Assembly: GCA_963823555.1 (NCBI GenBank)
Contig: CAWGMA010000003.1
Span: 256,001 to 320,000 of the forward strand
Reading direction: 5' to 3'
Source of the DNA: Candidatus Eiseniibacteriota bacterium
GTDB lineage: Bacteria; Eisenbacteria; RBG-16-71-46; CAVPCR01
Length of the DNA stretch: 64,000 nt
Shown: positions 1 through 8,211 of the stretch, piece by piece
Layout: each line of letters begins with the position of its first letter
How positions within the stretch are numbered: position 1 is the first letter of the stretch
The notes under the pieces: generated by a model
The model's database searches: none
What the model was told of the DNA's origin: nothing
Seen by the model: the letters and a program-made list of their open reading frames with translations, nothing else
Translations under genes and position numbers: made by a program

Positions 1-32
1 TGAAGAACATCGTCTCCAAGCTGGGCATGTAG
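1..32 (+). CDS. 3' end of an upstream gene, probably the AhpD/CMD-family peroxidase-like protein that accompanies arsS
   Basis: Reads ...KNIVSKLGM-stop (TAG 30-32), 9 nt before arsS. The tail resembles my recollection of the C-terminus of the small arsenosugar-associated peroxidase-like family. Only 10 codons are visible. Confidence 0.45.
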   Translation, partial: KNIVSKLGM

Positions 33-41
33 GGCGGGCGC

Positions 42-1085
42 ATGGTGAATTCCGTCTTGAGCCTCAAGCGCCGCGAGAGTCCGCTCGCCGATCCCCGCCA
101 CCAGCGGGAAATCCTCGCCGGGGCGAACGGTCTCCCGCGCTTCGAGGACAAGCTCCGCCGGGTCGGTCTCTGGCCCCTCCGCACCACGCAGATCCAGGTC
201 ATGCAGATCAACCTCGGCAAGCTCTGCAACCAGACCTGCCGGCATTGTCATGTCGACGCCGGTCCGGACCGCCGCGAGACAATGAGCGCGGAGACCGCCG
301 CAGCGTGCCTGCGCGTGTTGAGCGAGACCGAGATACCGATCGTGGACCTCACCGGCGGTGCGCCGGAGCTCCATCCCGCCTTCCGCCCTCTGGTCCACGG
401 TGCGCGAAAGCTCGGCCGTCATGTCATCGATCGCTGCAACCTCACCGTCCTCAATGTGGAGCCGCAGTCGGACCTGATCGCCTTCCTGGCCGCGAACGAG
501 GTGGAGATCATCGCCAGCTTGCCCTATTACCAGGAGCGCCAGACCGACGCGCAGCGCGGGGATGGGGTCTTCGCGAGTTCGATCCGCGCTCTCGAGCGGC
601 TGAATGAAGCCGGATACGGCCGGGGGAGCGGGCTCCGCCTGACGCTCGTCACCAACCCGGTCGGCGCTTTCCTGTCGCCGCCGCAGGAGAGTGTCGCGGC
701 CGACTTCAAGCGCGAGCTCTCCCGTCGCCACGGGATCGCCATCGACGGCGTCTACACCATCACGAACATGCCGATCAGCCGCTTCCTCGATTTCCTGATC
801 GAGAGCGGCAACTACGAAGGCTACATGCAACGGCTGATCGACGCCTTCAACCCCCTGGCCGCCGAGTCGGTGATGTGCCGCAGCATGATCTCCGTGGGCT
901 GGGACGGTCAGCTCTACGACTGCGATTTCAACCAGATGCTCGAGCTACCGGTCGAAGCCGGCGCCGGCCGGGACATCCTCGATTTCGATCTCGCGCGTCA
1001 CGAGGGGCGGGCGATCGTCACTTCACGGCACTGCTTCGGCTGTATCGCCGGGGCCGGCTCGAGCTGCGGCGGAGCCACGGCCTGA
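42..1085 (+). CDS. arsS: Arsenosugar biosynthesis radical SAM protein (ArsS family, DUF3641 C-terminus)
   Basis: QINLGKLCNQTCRHCHVDAGP (CxxxCxxC), DLTGGAPE, DRCNLT, ASLPYY, NMPISRF, YDCDFNQML and C-terminal HCFGCIAGAGSSCGG. Confidence 0.9.
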   Translation: MVNSVLSLKRRESPLADPRHQREILAGANGLPRFEDKLRRVGLWPLRTTQIQVMQINLGKLCNQTCRHCHVDAGPDRRETMSAETAAACLRVLSETEIPIVDLTGGAPELHPAFRPLVHGARKLGRHVIDRCNLTVLNVEPQSDLIAFLAANEVEIIASLPYYQERQTDAQRGDGVFASSIRALERLNEAGYGRGSGLRLTLVTNPVGAFLSPPQESVAADFKRELSRRHGIAIDGVYTITNMPISRFLDFLIESGNYEGYMQRLIDAFNPLAAESVMCRSMISVGWDGQLYDCDFNQMLELPVEAGAGRDILDFDLARHEGRAIVTSRHCFGCIAGAGSSCGGATA

Positions 1086-1127
1086 GTGCGGGATGGCGTG
1101 AGCGGCGTCAGGTGCCAGATGGCGCCG

Positions 1128-1961
1128 TCAGTCGCGCGCCGAGTGGGCGAGCGCCAGCACGGCGAGCATCTCGTCGTGGATGAGCGCGTTCGAGGCGCAA
1201 ACCCCCGCGGTGACCAGGCGGAAGGCGCCGCCATCGGTCTCGGTGATCCGGCCTCCAGCCTCGCGCACGAGGAGCGCCCCGGCCGCCAGGTCCCATGGCT
1301 TGAGCCGGAGCTCCCAGAACCCATCGAAGCGGCCGCAGGCCACATAGGCGAGATCGATGGCCGCCGCTCCCGCGCGGCGGATGGCGAGGGCGCGGGTCGC
1401 GAAGCGCCCGAAGTGATCGAGATTGTTGCTGGGATTGGTGCGGATGTCGTACGGGAAACCGGTGGCGAGGAAGCCGCGGTCGAGCCGCGGCGTCGCGGAA
1501 ACCTGGATCGGCGCTCCGTTCAGCGTGGCGCCGCCGCCGTGCGCCGCCGAGAAGAGCTCGCCCAGCATCGGCACGTGGACGGCTCCGGCCGCGAGCTCGC
1601 CGTTCAGCTCGGCGCCCACCGAGACGGCGAACATGGGGAAAGAGCGGGCGAAGTTGGTGGTGCCGTCGAGGGGATCGATGATCCATCGCACGCCCCGGAT
1701 CACCGGCTCCCCATCGCCGCCGCGCTCCTCGGCGAGCAAGGCATCCCCGGGCCGCTCGCCGCGAATGGCGCGCACGATGATCTCCTCCGCGGCGTGATCA
1801 GCCTCGGTGACGAGATCGATGGCCCCCTTGAGGGTGATGCGACCGCTCCTGCCGAACTGGTCGCGGAGGTAGTCGCCGGCCAGAAGCGCGGCGCGTTCGG
1901 CGAGCTCGCGGAGGGCGGCCGGAGTGGGGATGGTGATGGGCGAAGGCGCTGATTGGGACAT
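1128..1961 (-). CDS. suhB: Inositol monophosphatase family protein
   Basis: DLVTEAD, AEE, WIIDPLDGTTNF, RRAGAAAIDLAYVACGRFDGFWE and LKPWDLAAG motifs. Confidence 0.92.
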   Translation of the reverse strand: MSQSAPSPITIPTPAALRELAERAALLAGDYLRDQFGRSGRITLKGAIDLVTEADHAAEEIIVRAIRGERPGDALLAEERGGDGEPVIRGVRWIIDPLDGTTNFARSFPMFAVSVGAELNGELAAGAVHVPMLGELFSAAHGGGATLNGAPIQVSATPRLDRGFLATGFPYDIRTNPSNNLDHFGRFATRALAIRRAGAAAIDLAYVACGRFDGFWELRLKPWDLAAGALLVREAGGRITETDGGAFRLVTAGVCASNALIHDEMLAVLALAHSARD

Positions 1962-2100
1962 GGATGTGTTTCTTGGCCACGGGGCTGGGCGATGGTCCTC
2001 GGCGGCGGGCCGTGATCGATGGCACCCGGGCGCCGGCCGCTGAGACTACGGAAGCCGGACCCGGGCTGCAAGCGCGGCCGACCGGCACCGGGGGACGAAG

Positions 2101-2796
2101 ATGGCACATGAGGGCGATACGCTCGCGATTCCACCGCTCACGATCGCACCCGAACTCGCGCCTCTCCTCGATCTCGGGCTCCTGACCGCAGGCGGCCTCG
2201 CGGTCGGTCCCAGCGGACCGGAGATCGCACGAGCCATCGCCGCCGTGGCGGAGGCGCATCGCACGAGGCACGCGGACCAGGCGATCGGCAACGTCCCGGG
2301 CATCGGGCCGGTCCGGCGTCTCATGAGCGCCCTCGGCACCGATCCCACCAAGAACCGGCCCTCGTCCGAGGCCCTTCTCCGCCGCGTTCTCAAGGGGCAG
2401 GGGCTCCATGCGGTGAACAATGTCGTCGACACCGTGAACCTGTGCTCGCTGCGCTGGCTCCTGCCCATGGGGCTCTATGATCATTCGGCGCTCCATGGAC
2501 CGCTGCTTCTCAGGCGGGGTGCTCCCGGCGACGGCTATCCCGGGATTGGAAAGGAGCGGGTGAACCTCGAGAATCGCCCCGCTTTGTTCGACGACGGGGA
2601 GCCCTTCGGCGCCCCGACCTCGGACTCGTTCCGCACCCGAGTACACGAGGGCACCACCCGCATCTTCCTCGTCATCTACGCGCCGCGCGGGGCGGGCGTG
2701 GCGGATCTCCTCCCGCGCTGCCTCGCCGATACCCGGCAGGCGCTCGTCGATCTGTGTGGGGCCGTGCCAGGCGAGGAACGAGTGCTCGACGGGTGA
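2101..2796 (+). CDS. Stand-alone B3/4 domain protein (PheRS beta editing-like domain)
   Basis: DPTKNRPSSEALLRRV, VNNVVDTVNLCSL, PMGLYD and GAPTSDSFRT are typical B3/4 motifs. Confidence 0.85.
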   Translation: MAHEGDTLAIPPLTIAPELAPLLDLGLLTAGGLAVGPSGPEIARAIAAVAEAHRTRHADQAIGNVPGIGPVRRLMSALGTDPTKNRPSSEALLRRVLKGQGLHAVNNVVDTVNLCSLRWLLPMGLYDHSALHGPLLLRRGAPGDGYPGIGKERVNLENRPALFDDGEPFGAPTSDSFRTRVHEGTTRIFLVIYAPRGAGVADLLPRCLADTRQALVDLCGAVPGEERVLDG

Positions 2797-2811
2797 TGCT
2801 ATGCTCCGGGC
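2797..2811 (+). promoter_or_regulatory. Extended -10 element (TG-C-TATGCT) 6 nt before the cobB ATG; putative leaderless promoter
   Basis: tgctatgctccgggcATG; no SD sequence. Confidence 0.55.
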
Positions 2812-4218
2812 ATGCAACGACTCCTCATCGCCGGGCCGCGGAGCGGTGTCGGCAAGACCACGATCACGCTCGGGATCCTCGCCGCGCTCGTCGAACGTAA
2901 GCTGAAGGTTCAGCCGTTCAAGGTCGGCCCCGACTTCATCGACACGAGCTTCCATGCCGCGCTCACGCGCCGGCCCTGCTACAACCTCGATGGCTGGATG
3001 ATGCCGGGGGATCGCCTCGATGCCACCTTCACCCGCGCGCTCCGCGGCGGTGCCGACATCGCCGTCGTCGAGGGCATGATGGGACTCTTCGACGGCGCCG
3101 GCGCCGGCGAGAGCGGAACCGCAAGCGCGGACATCGCCAAGCGACTCGGTCTGCCCGTGATCCTCGTGCTCGACGTGTTCGCCATGGCCGGCTCCGCGGG
3201 TGCCGCCGCCCTCGGCTATCGCCTCTTCGATCCCGAGGTGAACGTGGCCGGTGTCGTTCTCAATCGCGTCGTCGGCGATCGACATGCCCAGGCTTGCGCC
3301 GAGGCGCTCGCGAAGGCCGAGCTTCCCGTGCTCGGCGCGGTGCCGGCCGAGGAGCGCCTCAGGATGCCGGAGCGGCATCTCGGTCTCATCCCGGCCTGGG
3401 AGCAAACCGGAGCGGCGAAGGCCTTGCGGGAGATGGCGCTCGAGGTGGCAAGCCATCTCGATATCGATGCCATCCTGGACATCGCCACCCGGGTGCCGGC
3501 GCTCGCGGCCGCAGAGGCGGGACGCCGGCGGAACGGGGGTGCGCGGCCGGCACCGGTTCGGATCGGCATCGCCCGCGACGAAGCGTTCGGGTTCTACTAT
3601 CAGGACACGCTCGACGGGCTCATCGCCGCTGGCGCCGAACTCGTGCTCTTCTCGCCGATGCACGACGAGGAGCTGCCGGAGAATCTGGGCGGGCTCTATC
3701 TGGGCGGCGGATTTCCGGAGCGGCATCTCGATGCGCTCGAGGCCAACACGATCCTCCGCGCCGAGATCGCCGAGTCGGCGCGTTCCGGCATGCCCATCTA
3801 CGCCGAATGCGGCGGGCTCATGTATCTCTGCCGCTCGATTGCCGCCGCGCGCGGGCCGCGGCGGGCGATGGTGGGGGTCCTCGACGGTCACGTGCGCATG
3901 GGTGGGCGGCAAGCGATCGCCTACGTCGACATCGATGTCGAGGTTGATACGCCGCTCGTTCCCGCCGGCAGTCACCTGCGCGGCCACGTGTTCCACAACT
4001 CGGTGGTGGAGCTTCCCGGGGAAGGCGCGCGCTTCGCCTATCGCCTCGACCCAGGGCCGGGGATCGCCGGCGTAGCCGACGGCTGGCTCGAGGGGAACGT
4101 GCTCGCGAGCTATGTCCACCTGCCGCTTGCCGCCTATCCGGAGCTCGTCGAGCGCTGGCTCGACCGCTGTCGCGACTTCCGTGGCGGGGATGCTGCAGCA
4201 CGCGACGACCGTGGTTGA
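2812..4218 (+). CDS. cobB: Cobyrinate/hydrogenobyrinate a,c-diamide synthase family amidotransferase
   Basis: SGVGKTT P-loop, FKVGPDFID, VEGMMGLFDG, PERHLGL, DEAFGFYY, GGGFPE and YAECGGLMYL (glutaminase Cys). Confidence 0.92.
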   Translation: MQRLLIAGPRSGVGKTTITLGILAALVERKLKVQPFKVGPDFIDTSFHAALTRRPCYNLDGWMMPGDRLDATFTRALRGGADIAVVEGMMGLFDGAGAGESGTASADIAKRLGLPVILVLDVFAMAGSAGAAALGYRLFDPEVNVAGVVLNRVVGDRHAQACAEALAKAELPVLGAVPAEERLRMPERHLGLIPAWEQTGAAKALREMALEVASHLDIDAILDIATRVPALAAAEAGRRRNGGARPAPVRIGIARDEAFGFYYQDTLDGLIAAGAELVLFSPMHDEELPENLGGLYLGGGFPERHLDALEANTILRAEIAESARSGMPIYAECGGLMYLCRSIAAARGPRRAMVGVLDGHVRMGGRQAIAYVDIDVEVDTPLVPAGSHLRGHVFHNSVVELPGEGARFAYRLDPGPGIAGVADGWLEGNVLASYVHLPLAAYPELVERWLDRCRDFRGGDAAARDDRG

Positions 4219-4473
4219 CGCCGGGGCACCATGGCGAGCTGGGAAGTGCAAGCCACGAGAGCCGATGGCCCTGTCGGAAGGGGCGCTGGCCAGCCAGGCA
4301 TCGAACTTGCTTCTACTCCCTGGGGCCCACCGCAAAGCCGGGAGATCGCGCCCTGGGCCGGACAGGAAGCGACCGGATCGGTCCATTCTCGACCGGGCGG
4401 TTCAACCCAGGATGGGCTCATGGGGGCTTCGGGGGTGGAGGGAGCCCCTGATCCAGTAGAGGAGATTCGTACG

Positions 4474-5409
4474 ATGAGCGCTTGCACGTTTTCGCGCCGC
4501 TCGGCGCGCCTCTGGCCACTCGGCATCGCCTTGAGTCTCGCCGTGGCGGTCATCCTCACCGGCTGCGACGACAGCGGGGTCCTCGACACCGTCAACGAGG
4601 ACGAGCTGGCACCGCCGCTCGGGCTCACGAGCATCACCGGCAACGGGGAAGTCTCGCTCATCTGGTTCACGAGCAACTTCGAGAGCGGGTTCGAAGGTTA
4701 CATCGTCTTCATGCGTGAAGGGGATTACGAGACGGACCGCTCGGCGCAGCTGCCGACGGGGTTCGTCGAGGTCGACCGCATGCCGTTCGGCGCGTCCGGT
4801 GTGCAGCGGAGCACGCTGATCGGGGGCCTCGAGAACGGCCGCACGTACAGCTTCAGCGTGTGCGCTTTCCGTGATGGTGGCGGCGAGATCAGCCTCGCGA
4901 GCAACATCATCGCCGATACCCCGCGCCCGGACATCTCGGGCATCGTGCTCGCATCCGCCTCCACGAACGACGTCATTGGCGACGACTCGCGAGCCGGGTT
5001 CGATTTCGAGGGTTTCCAGGTCGAGGCGGTTCCGCTCGATCTCGCATCGGCGAACTACACGAACAACAGCGGCACCGACATCGTGCACGAGGCCTTCGAT
5101 CCAGGCGTCAACAACACCAACATCCGCTCGTGGCTCGCCGGCATGAACGGCGGCGGCGTGCAGGATCTGGGCTGGATGGCGGACCTGGACGGCTCGAGCG
5201 TGGCTCCGATTGACGGCTATGCCTCGACCGGCGAGTCGGTGCTCCTGACGGTCGGCCACGTGTACGCGGTCCGGACCGGCAACAACCACTATGCGAAGCT
5301 CATCGTGACGAGCATCCAGGGGGCTCCGTCCTTCCTCGTCACGTTCAACGCGGCCTACCAGACGAAGCTCGACGAGCCCAATTACTTCCCCGCGCTCGGT
5401 ATCCATTAG
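4474..5409 (+). CDS. Lipoprotein with an Fn3-like domain and a C-terminal domain of unknown function
   Basis: SD AGGAG near 4459-4464 and ATG 4474. Signal peptide with lipobox ILTGC; Fn3-like GNGEVSLIW...GLENGRTYSFSVCAF. Acidic composition. Confidence 0.75.
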   Translation: MSACTFSRRSARLWPLGIALSLAVAVILTGCDDSGVLDTVNEDELAPPLGLTSITGNGEVSLIWFTSNFESGFEGYIVFMREGDYETDRSAQLPTGFVEVDRMPFGASGVQRSTLIGGLENGRTYSFSVCAFRDGGGEISLASNIIADTPRPDISGIVLASASTNDVIGDDSRAGFDFEGFQVEAVPLDLASANYTNNSGTDIVHEAFDPGVNNTNIRSWLAGMNGGGVQDLGWMADLDGSSVAPIDGYASTGESVLLTVGHVYAVRTGNNHYAKLIVTSIQGAPSFLVTFNAAYQTKLDEPNYFPALGIH

Positions 5410-5431
5410 CCCGGGGGGCGCGGGCGGGAGC

Positions 5432-5470
5432 GCAGAAGGGCGGCGGGATCGATCCTGCCGCCCTCTCTGC
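5432..5470. terminator. GC-rich inverted repeat between convergent genes (hairpin without a U-tract)
   Basis: gcaga-agggcggc-gggatc / gatcct-gccgccct-ctctgc. Confidence 0.55.
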
Positions 5471-5480
5471 TGGTGCCCGG

Positions 5481-5903
5481 CTACTCTCCGATGATCTTCA
5501 GCAGCACCCGCTTCGGGCGCCGGCCGTCGAACTCGCCGTAGAAGATCTGCTCCCAGGGGCCGAAGTCGAGCTGTCCGTCCGTGATCGCGACCACCACCTC
5601 GCGGCCCATGATCTGCCGCTTCAGATGCGCATCCGCGTTGTCCTCGCCGGTCCTATGGTGCTGGTAGTGCTCGGGCCCGGGGCGGTAGGGAGCGAGCTCC
5701 TCGAGCCAGCGGGCGAAGTCGGCGAGAAGTCCCGACTCGTCATCGTTGATGTAGACGCTCGCGGTGATGTGCATCGAGTTGACCAGACAGAGCCCGTTCT
5801 GGACCCCGCTCGCCGCGACCGCGGCCTCCACCTGGGGCGTGATGTTCAGGAACTCGCGTTCCTTGCGGGTCGTGATCTTGAGCTCCTGGCGATGGGTCTT
5901 CAT
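5481..5903 (-). CDS. yjbQ: YjbQ / UPF0047 family protein (secondary thiamine-phosphate synthase)
   Basis: [27 protein letters not shown] and [19 protein letters not shown]. Confidence 0.93.
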   Translation of the reverse strand: MKTHRQELKITTRKEREFLNITPQVEAAVAASGVQNGLCLVNSMHITASVYINDDESGLLADFARWLEELAPYRPGPEHYQHHRTGEDNADAHLKRQIMGREVVVAITDGQLDFGPWEQIFYGEFDGRRPKRVLLKIIGE

Positions 5904-6754
5904 GCCGAATCGTCCTCCTCCGGCGTGGCAGGTAGCTTGAAGAACGGATCATCGAGATAGGTGTCGGTGAGATAGCGTCGGCGCCGCGGGATCATACGGC
6001 GCACCGTCCGGCGGCCGAACGCGCTCGCGATCAAGAAGGCGCGCTCGACGGTGCCGATCTCGGCGAGGGGCCGGGTGAGGATGCCGATCCGGCGCAGCCG
6101 CTCCTCGGTGACCTCCGTCGTCCGCTCGAGGAATCCCGGCAGCTGGCGGAGCACCGGATGTTCGGGATCGGCGGCGCGGGCGATGGCGCCACGGGCGAAG
6201 CGGCGCATGGCGATCAAGCTCACCAGGTTGAGCCCGAGAAGATGCCGCGCCAGGGTCGGATCGGCGGCCACCGCGCGGCGCGTGCGCTCCTCGCCGAAGT
6301 CGACATGCCGTTCCTCCTGCTTGACCGCGTTCTCGAGCGAGCGCCGGATCCGCGGTTCGTCGATGAGATCGATGAGCGCGTAGAACACCATGAGGACGAA
6401 GCCCTCGCCCTGCGCCATCTCGAGGGCGACATGCTCCTCGAAGGCGCCGCCGATGAATCCGGTGGCGAGGAAGCGCATGAGCGGGTGCGGAGGCGTCGGC
6501 TCGACACCCAGAATGTCGAAGATGCGGCGGATGTGGACGACGTGAGTGAGCTCCTCCACCGACTGCCGGGCGAAGAAGCGGGCGGCCGCGAAATCAGGGG
6601 CGTGATGGAGCCAGTGCCCGACCTGGATCCCCGTCACCTCCCCGTAGAGGAACTGGCTGAAGATGAAGACGAGGAGCTCGCGGTCCCGCTCGACATCGAG
6701 GCGGGCGCCGCCGAAGTCGTAGCTCATTTCCTCGCGGGTGAAGAGCATGGTCAT
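5900..6754 (-). CDS. Ferritin-like di-iron four-helix-bundle protein
   Basis: Ligand pattern E (FLYGE), EELTH, E (QGEG), EERH. ATG 6754 overlaps the upstream stop (ATGA) and its own stop overlaps the yjbQ start. Confidence 0.8.
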   Translation of the reverse strand: MTMLFTREEMSYDFGGARLDVERDRELLVFIFSQFLYGEVTGIQVGHWLHHAPDFAAARFFARQSVEELTHVVHIRRIFDILGVEPTPPHPLMRFLATGFIGGAFEEHVALEMAQGEGFVLMVFYALIDLIDEPRIRRSLENAVKQEERHVDFGEERTRRAVAADPTLARHLLGLNLVSLIAMRRFARGAIARAADPEHPVLRQLPGFLERTTEVTEERLRRIGILTRPLAEIGTVERAFLIASAFGRRTVRRMIPRRRRYLTDTYLDDPFFKLPATPEEDDSA

Positions 6755-7895
6755 CCTCGCTCGGTGGTGGCGGATCTCGGGGCTCCGGTCATGCCGGATG
6801 TCCGAAGCGCGTGGATGCCGTCCCAGGCCGTGAGCAGTCGCTCCCCGGTGGCGGCGAGCGCGGTCTCCGGTAGCCCGGCGGCGACGAGCGCCCGCTCGAG
6901 CTCGGGCCAGTCTCCGAGATGACGGACCCCGCAGGGACAGGCGGTGCTGCCCCGCGGCCGCCAGATCATCCCGTTCAGATCGCTGCCGAGCGCGATCGCC
7001 TCGGCACCGGCAACCTGTGCCAGATGCCGGTAGTGGAGCACATAGGCATCGGTGGTGCCGGGGACGAATCCCGCGGGACGCGCAGCACGGGGGACCGCAA
7101 GCAGACGGCGCCACAGGCTGACGCCGATCATGCCCCCGCGCGTCGCGACCGACTGCGCCTCCTCATCGGCGAGGTTGCGTTCGCCCGGGGCCAGAGCACG
7201 GCTCCCGGTGTGCGTGACCAGAAGCGGCGTCGAGTCACTCGCCGTGAGCGCGAGCACTTCCTGGAAGGCGCGATCGCTGGCATGGGCGAGATCGATCACC
7301 ATTCCCAGTTGCTGCATGCGGCGCACGACCTCGGTGCCGAGCGCGGTGAGTCCGCGCTCGTTGCGCCAGATGCCGCGCGCGCGCCGGCGGCGCGTGAACC
7401 ACCAGTTCGGTCCATCGAGCGGATGGCGCGCCGCGGCCGCGGCGGCCACCGCATTGTCCCTGAGGTGGGCGAGGGTCAGGAGGCGCACCCCGGCGCCGTG
7501 GAGCGCCGCCACGTCGTCGGCCGTGGCGATGCCATGGGCGCCCTCGACGGCGAGGACCAGCGCGGTGCGACCGCTCAGGGCGATGCGCCGCGCCGCTCCG
7601 GGTCGAGCGCCATCTCGACCTGGGCGGGATGAGCCCGGGCGAAATCGCGGACTGCGGCGGCCTGGCGCTGGATCTCCCGCAAGTGGCCCCGCCCGCGATG
7701 GAGGATCGCGGGCGAGTAGAGAGCCACGACGGCGATTCCGAAGCCACCCGCGCGCCAGCCGGCGACGGTGACCTGGTTGCGGAAGATGTCATCGGGGTCG
7801 AGCGCCACGCCGCCCCGCCCCGGGCGCCCGCGGAAGAAGAAGAGCGCTTCATCCATCAAGGCGTGGACATGGAGATCGGCGCGGGACATCGGCAT
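6751..7895 (-). pseudogene. Membrane dipeptidase (peptidase M19, amidohydrolase fold) split by a one-base frameshift near 7595
   Basis: The N-terminal ORF (7575-7925) has ADLHVH. The adjacent frame continues ARRIALSGRTALVLAVEGAHG...LTLAHLRDN...GLTALG...IDLAHAS...VTHTG...ERNLAD...ALGSDLNG. Adding one G (GAG [G]CG GCG) restores a single frame. Confidence 0.75.
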
Positions 7896-8211
7896 CACTC
7901 GGGCTTGGGGGCGACTGCATGACACGATGGCAGGGATGAAGAGGAACTCGGCCCTGGGATCTCGGTCGCCCGTCGGCGGTCGAGTCTACCAGCTCCGCGG
8001 TCTGCGGTCTCGAAGCCGAGACCCTCTCGGCCGCTCGCTCCCCGGCCCGCCCTTCCGCTACCCGCAGGAGATCGAGTGCTAGACTGGGGGCTGCTGCAAG
8101 AAGGCGTCCAGTGCAGAAGGGCCTGGCGGATTCAGTGGTGGGCGATGTCAGGGAGGCCGTTCCCGATCCCGGGTCCCGGCTTCTGATGCAGGGGAGGAGA
8201 CGAGTGATCCC

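Noticed and set aside
1060..1130. Selenocysteine readthrough or SECIS at the end of arsS
   Set aside because: The relevant codon is TGC, and the TGA falls at the normal C-terminus.
4325..4385. c-di-GMP-I riboswitch suggested by GCAAAGCC
   Set aside because: The upstream GGCAAA/GAAA tetraloop stem and the downstream receptor are missing.
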